This document shows positions 45,774-54,726 of a DNA stretch of 64,000 nt, piece by piece. Position 1 is the stretch's first letter; every line of letters begins with the position of its first letter. A model generated the notes under the pieces. It ran no database searches and was not told the origin of the DNA. It saw only the letters and a program-made list of their open reading frames with translations. The stretch is from assembly GCA_964638415.1 (NCBI GenBank), contig CAZWYP010000003.1, forward strand, positions 86,334 to 150,333. Reading direction: 5' to 3'. Made by a program: the position numbers and the translations under genes. The stretch comes from an uncultured Gammaproteobacteria bacterium (lineage in GTDB: Bacteria; Patescibacteriota; Patescibacteriia; UBA1558; GWA2-36-10).

Positions 45774-46556
45774 TTATCTGGTGATCCACTCAGTGCCGTT
45801 ATTAGCCCAACAATTAGGAACCATGCCGGTTGGCACATTGTACCCTTCAAGATTTTCGCATGGCGGGGACTCTTGCCCATGATAAAGAACTTTCCAATTA
45901 TCACCGACTTTGGCCGCTAGAAAATAAGGAGTGCTGTAATTCTCAATGCCACCGATAATTATCATACCGTTCAAATAATTATCCATTTGATCGGCAAATC
46001 TTACGTATAAGTCTTTATCTCGATAATTGCTGTTATCATTTTTAAAATAATCCAAAAAAGCTTGTTTAAGTTTTGTTTTATCCTCAACAGTCAAGCTGTT
46101 ATAGTACTTATCCGGATTAGGTGTATCAATAATAATCTTTTTATCTTCATCCCAGCAGTCCGGGATCATGGTTTCGGGAAAACCGTATTTAGTAAAGTTC
46201 TGACACATGCCAAAATAACTACCACCGGTATAATCGGTAATAGTCCATTGGTTATCAACTTTAGCGGCAAACCAAAAACCCCTTCCCTTATTGTCCGGCC
46301 AAGATACTTGTCCCCTGGCATGGGTCGATGAATTCTCCTCTATGGTTACACTGAAAAATCCCGGCTTATCCCAATTTGGATACTCAGATATAAAAGCTTT
46401 TTCTATATCCTGGTTAGTGGCCGACTGTCGCAATATTGATTGCTGTGATGTCGGTTTCTGATAATTTATAACCAAATAAATAACTCCTGAAATTAATAAT
46501 ACTACAAATATTAACGAGAGGGCTTTTTTGTGGTTTGATCTATGTTCTATAATCAT
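45774..46556 (-). CDS. Membrane-anchored hypothetical protein with two internally repeated Cys-containing domains
   Basis: The 260-aa product has an N-terminal TM helix. Repeats are DNQWTITDYTGGSYFGMCQNFTKYGFPETMIPDCWDE and GDNWKVLYHGQESPPCENLEGYNVPTGMVPNCWAN. Confidence 0.45.
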   Translation of the reverse strand: MIIEHRSNHKKALSLIFVVLLISGVIYLVINYQKPTSQQSILRQSATNQDIEKAFISEYPNWDKPGFFSVTIEENSSTHARGQVSWPDNKGRGFWFAAKVDNQWTITDYTGGSYFGMCQNFTKYGFPETMIPDCWDEDKKIIIDTPNPDKYYNSLTVEDKTKLKQAFLDYFKNDNSNYRDKDLYVRFADQMDNYLNGMIIIGGIENYSTPYFLAAKVGDNWKVLYHGQESPPCENLEGYNVPTGMVPNCWANNGTEWITR

Positions 46557-46589
46557 TCTGAAAATATTAATAATATCACAACTGTCCTG

Positions 46590-46979
46590 TTAACTTTTAG
46601 TTTTGTTAATAACCTCTTCCACCCTTTTAACAATTTCACTAGGCACGGTCTTGGATTTAATAATATAATCAACTGCTCCTAAGGCAAAAGCCTGATCAGC
46701 TGATTCTTTCTTGTCTAGATTGGAAAAAACTATCACGGGAATACTTTTGGTCTTGGGGTTTTGTTTTAATTTTTTCAATAGTTCTAAACCGTCTTCATCA
46801 TATAAAATAATATCCAGCAGAATAATGTCGGGTTTTTGCTCTTGAGCTTGTTTTAAGCCTTCAACGCTATCCTTGGCATAAATAAAACCATAACCTTCCA
46901 AATTAAACTTGAGACCATATAACTGCAGCTGATCCGGATCATCTTCTATCATTAAAACTTTAATTTGTTTTATTGGCAT
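46590..46979 (-). CDS. Stand-alone response regulator receiver protein (CheY-like)
   Basis: The 129-aa product has an acidic pocket, phospho-acceptor Asp (ILLDIIL), and conserved T/S and K residues. Confidence 0.8.
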   Translation of the reverse strand: MPIKQIKVLMIEDDPDQLQLYGLKFNLEGYGFIYAKDSVEGLKQAQEQKPDIILLDIILYDEDGLELLKKLKQNPKTKSIPVIVFSNLDKKESADQAFALGAVDYIIKSKTVPSEIVKRVEEVINKTKS

Positions 46980-46983
46980 ATAG

Positions 46984-49191
46984 TTACTTATTAGTAGCTA
47001 ATAAAGTAAACTCCAAATAAACTTTAGTGCCTTTATTCTCCTCGCTCTCCACCCAAACTTTAGCTCCGGGATGTTTATCCACTACTTCTTTGACAATAAA
47101 CAATCCCAAACCGGAACCGTCGGTGTAAGCGTTTCTGGCATTTTTAGCCCGAATGAATTTCTTGAAAACCTTATCCTGATCTTCTTTGGGAATGCCAATA
47201 CCAGTGTCTTGAATCGTTAACAGAGATTTTCCTTTATCTTTGATTAAAGAAACGGTAATTGATCCTTGCGCGGTATATTTAATGGCATTGTCTAAAATAT
47301 TATTAATCGCTTCTTCCAAGTATCGAGAATTACCTTGCAATATCATGGGTTCAGTGGGCTTTGTCCAGATAATCTGTAGTTTCTTATTTTCCGCATCCAA
47401 ACCATGCTGACTCACTACCTTGTCGATCAAAATACTCAAATCGACTTGATCATTTAACTCCATGCTATTATCTCCGGCTGTGTCCATTTCCGAAGCCATT
47501 AAAATATCATTGATGATTTCTTCCAATTTAACGCTCTTCCAATACATGGCGTCAACAAATTTAGCCTTGTCTTCCGCTGACATCTTATCCATATCGCCGG
47601 CTTTCATCATAGCTAAAGTGCCTTTGATCACCGAGGTTGGTGTTCGCAATTGATGAGAAGCAATATCCAAAAATTCTGAGCGCATTTGCAATAGTTTTAA
47701 CATGTGCTCGGCTTTATCTTTGATTTCTTTAGTTTGCTCATCCACTTTCTTTTGCAGAGTTTTATTAAAATCCTGGGTTTCCTTGTAGTACCGAGCATTG
47801 GTAATGGCAATGGAAGCTTGGTTGCTAAGTGAAGTAAGTAAATTTAAATCCTCGTTGGTATAGGCACCACCGGAAACCTTGGAACCTAAAACCACAATAC
47901 CAATTAAAGTGTTTTGGCTAATCAAGGGTAAACAGATAGAAGCTTCAATCTTGTGCATATGATCTCTTAAAGTAAGCAAGTTCTGTTTGTCGTTTTTATT
48001 TTTTGCCTGTTCACTTAAAAAATCCAACTCTTCTTTAACTATGGGCTTTTGAGTCTTGGTTAAGTATTGAGTCAAAAAATTATCCTGTACCAAGGAAATG
48101 CCGTTATGTTCGTCAAAACCAACTACCTTGGCAATTTTGTATTTAATCGGTTTGACGGATGTTTCAATTAACAAAACTCCCGAACGGTCAAGATTCATAG
48201 TAGATCTTATGGTGTCCACTATTAAATCTATAATCTGCTTTAAATTAATAATGGTGGTTAACTGATTGGTCAATGTACTAATAACCTCCTGGGAATTATA
48301 TACCTCGGCAAACAAGTAATGCTTGGTTATTTTCTGAATCAACTTTTGTAAAGGATAAAAGATAATGGTAAAAGCGATGGCAAAAACTATGCCAATTAAA
48401 TAAGCACCTAAAGAAAAAACACTGCCGAAAATTTCATTGTTAAACCAAATAATCCCATAAAAAGCTCCATAAGCAAAGGCGGCCACTAAAATATAGGTGA
48501 TAGCTTTGCCGATAAAAATACGGATGTCCATAAAACGATAACGGACAATGGCGTAGGTCGTAAACCCAATAAAAAACATGGCGGATAAAGGACCATACTT
48601 AGTAACATAATAATCACCGGTAATTAAAGGAATGATGGAGTTTAACAAAAAACCTAAAATCAAACTGACTATTATGCCGTATAATAAATATTTAAGCTGA
48701 ATTCTGCGAATGCCTTTGGCTTGTTTAAATTTATAAATCAATTGTCCCAAAGCAATTAAGGCGGCGGTGCCAAAAAAGATGGGATAAAAAATATATAATG
48801 GTCCCGTTATCAAATTAACACCCTGGTCATAAGGTATAACACTTTCAAGAAAAACCTTGGGTATCCAGACAAGAATAGAAATAAAAGCGGTAAAAAATAT
48901 TATCAGCCATTTTGTCCAACGAATAAACTTAGTAGGCAATTCAAGGGAATCCACAAAAAGCACTAAAAAGAAAGCAATGCCAGTTGATCCGACATAAGTC
49001 ATTCTGGTCCAAAAAAAAGAAAACAGCGCATCTGCCAAATAATTGCTTATTGTCCAGAGAATAACAGCCAGAGAAAAACCGAAAAAATAAAGGTTAATTT
49101 TTGAATGGCTGTTTTTGACTAATACCAAAATTCCTAAGGCCAACTCAACCCCGGAAATCAAGAGCATAATAATCAGTAGCGAAAATGGCAT
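46984..49191 (-). CDS. Sensor histidine kinase: N-terminal multi-TM sensor, GAF domain, HisKA and HATPase_c
   Basis: The 735-aa product has about 7 N-terminal TM helices, a central GAF-like region, an H-box (IASHQLRTPTSVI), and N, G1 and G2 boxes (DNAIKYT, DTGIGI, GSGLGL). Confidence 0.85.
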   Translation of the reverse strand: MPFSLLIIMLLISGVELALGILVLVKNSHSKINLYFFGFSLAVILWTISNYLADALFSFFWTRMTYVGSTGIAFFLVLFVDSLELPTKFIRWTKWLIIFFTAFISILVWIPKVFLESVIPYDQGVNLITGPLYIFYPIFFGTAALIALGQLIYKFKQAKGIRRIQLKYLLYGIIVSLILGFLLNSIIPLITGDYYVTKYGPLSAMFFIGFTTYAIVRYRFMDIRIFIGKAITYILVAAFAYGAFYGIIWFNNEIFGSVFSLGAYLIGIVFAIAFTIIFYPLQKLIQKITKHYLFAEVYNSQEVISTLTNQLTTIINLKQIIDLIVDTIRSTMNLDRSGVLLIETSVKPIKYKIAKVVGFDEHNGISLVQDNFLTQYLTKTQKPIVKEELDFLSEQAKNKNDKQNLLTLRDHMHKIEASICLPLISQNTLIGIVVLGSKVSGGAYTNEDLNLLTSLSNQASIAITNARYYKETQDFNKTLQKKVDEQTKEIKDKAEHMLKLLQMRSEFLDIASHQLRTPTSVIKGTLAMMKAGDMDKMSAEDKAKFVDAMYWKSVKLEEIINDILMASEMDTAGDNSMELNDQVDLSILIDKVVSQHGLDAENKKLQIIWTKPTEPMILQGNSRYLEEAINNILDNAIKYTAQGSITVSLIKDKGKSLLTIQDTGIGIPKEDQDKVFKKFIRAKNARNAYTDGSGLGLFIVKEVVDKHPGAKVWVESEENKGTKVYLEFTLLATNK

Positions 49192-49235
49192 GATAATCCA
49201 ATACTATTGAATTATACCAAATTTTTTCGTATTTT

Positions 49236-49278
49236 CCTAACGAAAAACCGCATAGCAACTAGATAGTCACTATGCGGT
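49236..49278 (-). terminator. Rho-independent terminator for the GNAT-like gene
   Basis: A 9-bp stem accgcatag/ctatgcggt is followed on the minus strand by tttttcg. Confidence 0.6.
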
Positions 49279-49295
49279 CAAAACGATTTCGGAGC

Positions 49296-49889
49296 TTAAC
49301 GCCCGGCGCGAAGAAAGTCCCAAAATGCGGGATTGAGCTTCTTAACTGCTTCCTCGCCTTGGCGAAGCCGCAGAATGCAAGGATAAGTCATTCCGCACCA
49401 GTAGAACTTCCCCTCCGTCAGTTCCTCAAACGGCATGCCCAGACGTCGATACAGACGAGTGACTTGGCGTTCCTGAACGGAAAACCATGCACTCATACCC
49501 TGTTCAAGAGACCACCAATACAAGGAACGATAGATGGAAAGCATAATGGACAAATCGCCACGATGTTCTTTGGCAACGCCAGTGAGCGCGACTTCAACAA
49601 CCTTACCGTTACCAGCTTCTTCGTCAATGACATGGGAGATTTCTGGAAAAGCCAGCTCAGCCATCAGCGGACGTTCAACCAACACCTTGGAAGCGCCTAC
49701 CACCACGCCATTCTTAAGGGCAACGAAGTTTACGGTAGGTACTGCCTGACCTTTGACAATATTGCCAATCAAGTCCTCAGCCGGCCACTTCATCTCGTCA
49801 ACAGCAACCGCCGTTAAGACCTTGGAAACTTCTTCTGCATAGCCAGAAGAAGTTATTTCCACTGTTACGTTCGATTCAGGAAACTTCAT
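49296..49889 (-). CDS. GNAT-fold acyltransferase-like protein; GC-rich single-gene island
   Basis: The 197-aa product has an RBS aaagga upstream and a GNAT-like motif (VALTGVAKEHRGD). GC is about 52%. The antisense + strand ORF 49272..49817 is judged spurious. Confidence 0.45.
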   Translation of the reverse strand: MKFPESNVTVEITSSGYAEEVSKVLTAVAVDEMKWPAEDLIGNIVKGQAVPTVNFVALKNGVVVGASKVLVERPLMAELAFPEISHVIDEEAGNGKVVEVALTGVAKEHRGDLSIMLSIYRSLYWWSLEQGMSAWFSVQERQVTRLYRRLGMPFEELTEGKFYWCGMTYPCILRLRQGEEAVKKLNPAFWDFLRAGR

Positions 49890-49974
49890 CCTGGTATCCT
49901 TTATGCTAAATTAATTAAAGATCAAATGACAATGCCTTATAATACCATAAATAATCACAAAAGTCAATATTAAC

Positions 49975-50003
49975 CTAAAAAACCCTTCTTTAAAAGGGTT
50001 TTT
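49975..50003 (-). terminator. Bidirectional hairpin terminator after the AdoMetDC-like gene
   Basis: Hairpin aaccctt-ctttaa-aagggtt has T/A runs on both sides. Confidence 0.55.
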
Positions 50004-50027
50004 ATAACTTTTTCTTATATCTTTATA

Positions 50028-50441
50028 CTATCTACCTGGGTGGACGAATTTTTCACCCCTTAGAAAATGTTTTTCCTCTATTTCTTTGGGTTTAAAAGTC
50101 TTAACGGTAAAAGCTCTGACTTGATCTACGTTATATTTTTTACAGCTGTAAATATCAATGGAAACAAATTTTGACGGGGTTAATGTGTGAATGGAAAAAC
50201 CTGATTCCACTATCGGGAGCCAGCCGGAGATACCGGCCTTGTCCGGATATTTAACCGGATCGGTATAAACAACCATTGGCGCTGATTGTTTATGTACCTT
50301 GATTAAATCCGCTAAGTCGTTTAAATAATTATAGCAAACGGACATGCTGTCGATGGCTTTAACATCGCAGTCATATAAGTCCAATATCATATGATAACCA
50401 AAAATCTTCCTTGGTTTTAACTTGGTGGCTGGTTTTGACAT
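50028..50441 (-). CDS. S-adenosylmethionine decarboxylase proenzyme-like, pyruvoyl-dependent (SpeH family)
   Basis: The 137-aa product has motifs GYHMILDLYDCD, ISGWLPIVESGFSIHTLTP (putative ES|S self-cleavage site) and VSIDIYSC. These are collinear with SpeH GxHxxxxLYxCD … ISESHLTIH … IDVYTC. Confidence 0.6.
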   Translation of the reverse strand: MSKPATKLKPRKIFGYHMILDLYDCDVKAIDSMSVCYNYLNDLADLIKVHKQSAPMVVYTDPVKYPDKAGISGWLPIVESGFSIHTLTPSKFVSIDIYSCKKYNVDQVRAFTVKTFKPKEIEEKHFLRGEKFVHPGR

Positions 50442-50572
50442 AATAGGGTAATAATATACGGTTAATAATTACGGATATATTGTATCATTTTGTGCTATAA
50501 AATACAAAGGTTCTTCACCAAAAAGCGACTATGAATAATGGTAGCTTTTAAATTTAAAATAAAAAATATAAT

Positions 50573-51196
50573 TTATTCAATAATAATAACTTCGCCATCT
50601 TTTAAAGTCTTGAATGGAATTTTATTCTCTGCCATATATTCTACGACTTTTTCCGCCTGGTCAGACTCCCGATGATCAGATCTATAATGCGGAACTATTG
50701 AATAATCAATTATACCTAATCCATCCCAGATGATCTCCACATTGTCCCCATAAGGTTTTGCGTTTATATCATCCATCAAATCAATACCTTTTAAAGTTGG
50801 CGCTAAAATACAAACGCCGGCACTATACCCTCCATATAAAATATTATCCTTCTCCACTAAATCCTTCATAATATTATCAAACCCGCTTAATCTCATGGCC
50901 TGTCTCAAGACAAAAAGATTACCGCCTCTAACCCAAATCACACCAAATTCTTCCAACTTTTTCTGAAGTTCGTCCTGTTTACCAAAGTAAACACGTAAGT
51001 CAAGCCTCTCCACTTCTAAGCCTAGAGCCTGGAGTTGTTCAATGTCAGATTGCTCACTTATTTTTCTTCTTTCCAAGTCATCCGAGAAATCAAGCGAATT
51101 GGGAATGTAAGCAGTTTTTTTATTGTCCGCCGGTATTAACTTTTTTAACTTATCGACTTCATTTCCTAATTTATAGGAAGATAAATAAAATTTCAT
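50573..51196 (-). CDS. Peptidase family S51 (dipeptidase E / cyanophycinase-like)
   Basis: The 207-aa product has the GGNLF and YGGYSAGVCI (Ser nucleophile) motifs. Confidence 0.65.
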   Translation of the reverse strand: MKFYLSSYKLGNEVDKLKKLIPADNKKTAYIPNSLDFSDDLERRKISEQSDIEQLQALGLEVERLDLRVYFGKQDELQKKLEEFGVIWVRGGNLFVLRQAMRLSGFDNIMKDLVEKDNILYGGYSAGVCILAPTLKGIDLMDDINAKPYGDNVEIIWDGLGIIDYSIVPHYRSDHRESDQAEKVVEYMAENKIPFKTLKDGEVIIIE

Positions 51197-51405
51197 ATTA
51201 TTCTCTATATTAATATAACAATAGAATTATAAAAGATTCTAACGCATTTTACAATAAAATCATCAAGTTACTTTAGCCATTTTTTAACAAAAAAATGAAT
51301 ATTACCACCATTGACTAATAATCGTATATATGTTACATTATACTATTATTTTGTCCTTTGTCATTTAACTGATTTCAACAAATACAACTTGAGAAGGAGA
51401 CCAAC

Positions 51406-53109
51406 ATGAGGCTAAGTAAGGCCTTTCTGTTCACTCAGAAGGAAGACCCGCACGACGCGATAAGTGTCAGTCATAAATTACTGGTCAGAGGGGGATATAT
51501 TTATCCTTTCTCAGCCGGTATTTATGCGTATCTTCCCATGATGTGGAAAGTTTTACGGAAGATTGAACAAATCATCCGTGAAGAAATGGATAAGTGTGGT
51601 GGCGTAGAACTCAGTCTACCAATCCTCCATCCTCGATCCATTTGGGAAGAAGCCGGCCGGTGGGCTAATTACACTGGGGCAAAATTTCTATTTCATCTGC
51701 AAGATCGCAGAGGGGAAGATTTCTGTCTCGCGCCGACGGCTGAAGAAGCCATGGTTGACTTGGTTCGATCTCGCATGAAGTCATATCGAGACCTGCCGCT
51801 GATTCTCTATCAATTCGGCGAAAAGTTTCGAGATGAACTGCGCCCGCGCAGCGGCATTATCCGTGTTCGAGAATTCATCATGAAGGACGGATATTCCTTC
51901 CATGCCAATGAACAGAGTATGCGTGACACCTTCGGCTTGCTGAAAGATGTTTACAGCACAATCTTTGCACGTTGCGGCATTGACGTACGTCCGGTTGAAG
52001 CTGATTCCGGTGATATCGGCGGAGCATGTTCTACGGAGTTCATGATTCTGACCGATACGGGAGAAGACACGGTTCTCAGTTGCAACTCCTGCCATTATGG
52101 AGCCAATGTGGAAAAAGCCAACTCCATTCTGGACACCCCTGCCCAGCAAGAACCGAAAGAGCTGGAGAAAATTCACACACCGGGCATCAAAACAATCGGC
52201 CAACTTGGAGAATTTCTCGACGGCACACCGGCCAGTCAAGTGCTCAAGACGGTGATTTACCGAGCCGATGACCAATTGGTTGTTGTACTGATCCGGGGTG
52301 ACTTGGAAGTCAATGAACGCAAGCTCGAAAGCATCATCACGGCTTCCTATTTTGCTCCCGCTGATGAACAGACCATCAAACAACTCACTGGTGGAGAAGC
52401 TGGGTTTACCGGACCCATTGGGCTGTCGGGAGCGCTCATCGTTGCCGACAAATCCGTGCAAACCATGTCGAACTTCGTCTGTGGCGCCAACGAAACAGAC
52501 TACCACTACATCAACGTCAATTTCGGTAGGGATCTGACCTTACCGGAAAAATTCGTGGATGTCAGAAACGCCCGTGAAGGCGACATTTGTCCTCACTGCC
52601 GCCAAAGCAGGCTCAAAATTAACCGGGGTATTGAGCTTGGCCACGTTTTTCAGTTAGGATTGAGGTATTCAACACCAATGAACCTCACCTACATTGATGA
52701 CAACGGCCAGAGCCAACCCGTTTTAATGGGCTGCTACGGCATCGGGGTTCCGAGGATAGCCGCCGGCGTCATTGAACAAAGTCATGACGAAAACGGGATC
52801 ATCTGGCCGGAAGCGATTGCTCCCTACCGCGTGATCATCACTCCCGTTTCATGGAACGATCAAACCCAACGCCAACTTGCGGAAGCAATTTACCTGTCAT
52901 TATCAAATGCGGGTGAAGAAGTGCTGTTGGACGATCGAGACGAAAGACCCGGCGTCAAATTCAAAGACGCCGACCTTCTGGGAATTCCATGGAGAGTCAC
53001 CGTCGGACGGCAAGCAACGGAAGGATTGGTTGAAATCAAGAATCGAAAAACGGGAGTCACAATAACCGTGAATCCCGAACAACTTCTGCACATGCTGAAA
53101 ACGCCTTGA
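51406..53109 (+). CDS. proS: Prolyl-tRNA synthetase, second copy (bacterial type with editing domain); GC-rich, likely xenolog
   Basis: The 567-aa product has class II motifs and an INS editing domain. It is roughly 45% identical by eye to the native copy at 56581-58287. GC is about 50% against about 36%. Confidence 0.85.
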   Translation: MRLSKAFLFTQKEDPHDAISVSHKLLVRGGYIYPFSAGIYAYLPMMWKVLRKIEQIIREEMDKCGGVELSLPILHPRSIWEEAGRWANYTGAKFLFHLQDRRGEDFCLAPTAEEAMVDLVRSRMKSYRDLPLILYQFGEKFRDELRPRSGIIRVREFIMKDGYSFHANEQSMRDTFGLLKDVYSTIFARCGIDVRPVEADSGDIGGACSTEFMILTDTGEDTVLSCNSCHYGANVEKANSILDTPAQQEPKELEKIHTPGIKTIGQLGEFLDGTPASQVLKTVIYRADDQLVVVLIRGDLEVNERKLESIITASYFAPADEQTIKQLTGGEAGFTGPIGLSGALIVADKSVQTMSNFVCGANETDYHYINVNFGRDLTLPEKFVDVRNAREGDICPHCRQSRLKINRGIELGHVFQLGLRYSTPMNLTYIDDNGQSQPVLMGCYGIGVPRIAAGVIEQSHDENGIIWPEAIAPYRVIITPVSWNDQTQRQLAEAIYLSLSNAGEEVLLDDRDERPGVKFKDADLLGIPWRVTVGRQATEGLVEIKNRKTGVTITVNPEQLLHMLKTP

Positions 53110-53138
53110 GAAATCTGGACGTTGAGTATTTTGCAGAC

Positions 53139-53168
53139 AGGAGCTTCAAACGAAGCTCCTGTTTTTTT
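53139..53168 (+). terminator. Rho-independent terminator after the GC-rich proS
   Basis: A 9-bp stem aggagcttc/gaagctcct with loop aaac is followed by gttttttt. Confidence 0.7.
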
Positions 53169-53170
53169 AT

Positions 53171-53950
53171 TTAATTATTCTTTCTTTTCCAAGGAAACAA
53201 TAAATATTCCAAAAAAGACAATAAAAGAATGGAAATCAAACTCACTGCTACTATTAAAAATAAAGCTGCGTAAAGTAACCCCGGCTTTAATTGATAAAGT
53301 GCTACAGTGATTAATTGACCCAAACCAGTTCGGCTGCCAAGCCATTCTCCCAAAGTTGCACCGATAATGCTGGCGGGTATCGCTAATTTCATAGCCATAA
53401 ATAAATAAGGCAAAGCTAACGGCAGTTGAACTTTGGAAAATATCTGCATCTTACTGGCATTGAATACCTGCATTATTTCTAAAAATTCATTGTCTATTTG
53501 CTTATAGGCAGTGTCCAAACTTATTAATATGGGGAAATAACAAATTAACATTGAAACAAAAACTATTGACAACCACGATCCTTGTCCAAAAGCGATAATT
53601 ATAGCCGGCGCTAATCCAATGATCGGGAAAGAATTCATAGCAAAGGCAAGAGGAAAAAATATATTTCTCAAGAAAGGAAAAAATAAAAAAAATAAAGAAA
53701 ACACAATTGCCAAAATTGTCCCAACTGCAAAACCAGACAAAGATCTTCCTAAGGTATAACCTGTTTCCCGCATTAATTGCCCCCAATCATCTATAAAAGT
53801 ATGCGCTATTGTCATTGGTGTGGGAATAAAGGCTTCTAAAGAAGTTTCATTGCGCTGGTGCCTGTCGGCATTGACCACGTCTTCCCCTATTTGCCAAAAA
53901 ACCAATAAAGACACGACGACAATAATTGTATATATTATCTTTTTTAACAT
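53171..53950 (-). CDS. ABC transporter permease, NitT/TauT (SsuC/TauC-like) family
   Basis: The 259-aa product has 6 TM helices and an EAA-like loop. Confidence 0.75.
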   Translation of the reverse strand: MLKKIIYTIIVVVSLLVFWQIGEDVVNADRHQRNETSLEAFIPTPMTIAHTFIDDWGQLMRETGYTLGRSLSGFAVGTILAIVFSLFFLFFPFLRNIFFPLAFAMNSFPIIGLAPAIIIAFGQGSWLSIVFVSMLICYFPILISLDTAYKQIDNEFLEIMQVFNASKMQIFSKVQLPLALPYLFMAMKLAIPASIIGATLGEWLGSRTGLGQLITVALYQLKPGLLYAALFLIVAVSLISILLLSFLEYLLFPWKRKNN

Positions 53951-54726
53951 TTATTATTTTTTAAAATATTCCTGACTTTAGTAACTTGTTCAAAAAATAT
54001 CGGATTAGTCCTAAGGTTTTGATCCCGTTTTTCCGGTAAGTTTATATCTAGTTCTCCAATAATACGGCCCGGATTATCATGCATAATAAAAATACGATCT
54101 GATATAAAAACCGCTTCTTCAACATTATGAGTCACAAAAAGAATTGTTTGATTTAATGAATTCTGTAAATAAACAAGATCAGCATCTAGTTTTTCCCTCA
54201 TAATTTCATCAACCGCCGCAAATGGTTCGTCCATTAACAGTATCTGCGGTTTAAAAACCAAAGCTCTGGCTAAAGATACGCGTTGCTTCATGCCTCCGGA
54301 TAATTGGTGAGGATAAAAATTTTCAAATCCAACCAATCCAACTAAATTAGTGATTTTCTTAACCAATAAATCATCATCCTCCTTTTTTATTTCTAAAGAC
54401 AATTTAATATTTAATGCTACTGTCCGATTAGGCAATAAAGACGAAGACTGAGGAACCAAACCAAAAAGTCCATTCTTATGAGCATAAGAAATATCTGCAT
54501 TTTGAAAAAAAATTTCACCTCCGGTCGGTTTTACCAAACCGGCCAACAAACGTAAAATGGTCGTTTTACCGCAGCCAGAAGGACCTAAAATAGTAACAAT
54601 TTCTCCTTTGGATATTTTAAAATTAATGTCTTGTACGCCGACAAAATCATCTTTTGATTTGGAATAGTTCTTGGTTACTGCAGATAAAACAATTAATGAT
54701 TCATTTTTATCGTTTTTCGACTTCAT
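53944..54726 (-). CDS. ABC transporter ATP-binding protein (SsuB/TauB-like)
   Basis: The product has Walker A GPSGCGKTT, signature LSGGMKQR and Walker B LLMDEPFAAVD. Confidence 0.85.
   Translation of the reverse strand: MKSKNDKNESLIVLSAVTKNYSKSKDDFVGVQDINFKISKGEIVTILGPSGCGKTTILRLLAGLVKPTGGEIFFQNADISYAHKNGLFGLVPQSSSLLPNRTVALNIKLSLEIKKEDDDLLVKKITNLVGLVGFENFYPHQLSGGMKQRVSLARALVFKPQILLMDEPFAAVDEIMREKLDADLVYLQNSLNQTILFVTHNVEEAVFISDRIFIMHDNPGRIIGELDINLPEKRDQNLRTNPIFFEQVTKVRNILKNNKC

Noticed and set aside
49272-49817. 181-aa + strand ORF antisense to the GNAT-like gene
   Set aside because: It is Arg/Ser-rich, low-complexity and has no RBS. The minus-strand ORF has an SD, a GNAT-like motif and a downstream terminator.
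51781-52537. 241-aa minus-strand ORF and small + ORFs inside the GC-rich proS
   Set aside because: These are spurious open frames typical of GC-rich sequence. proS is unambiguous.
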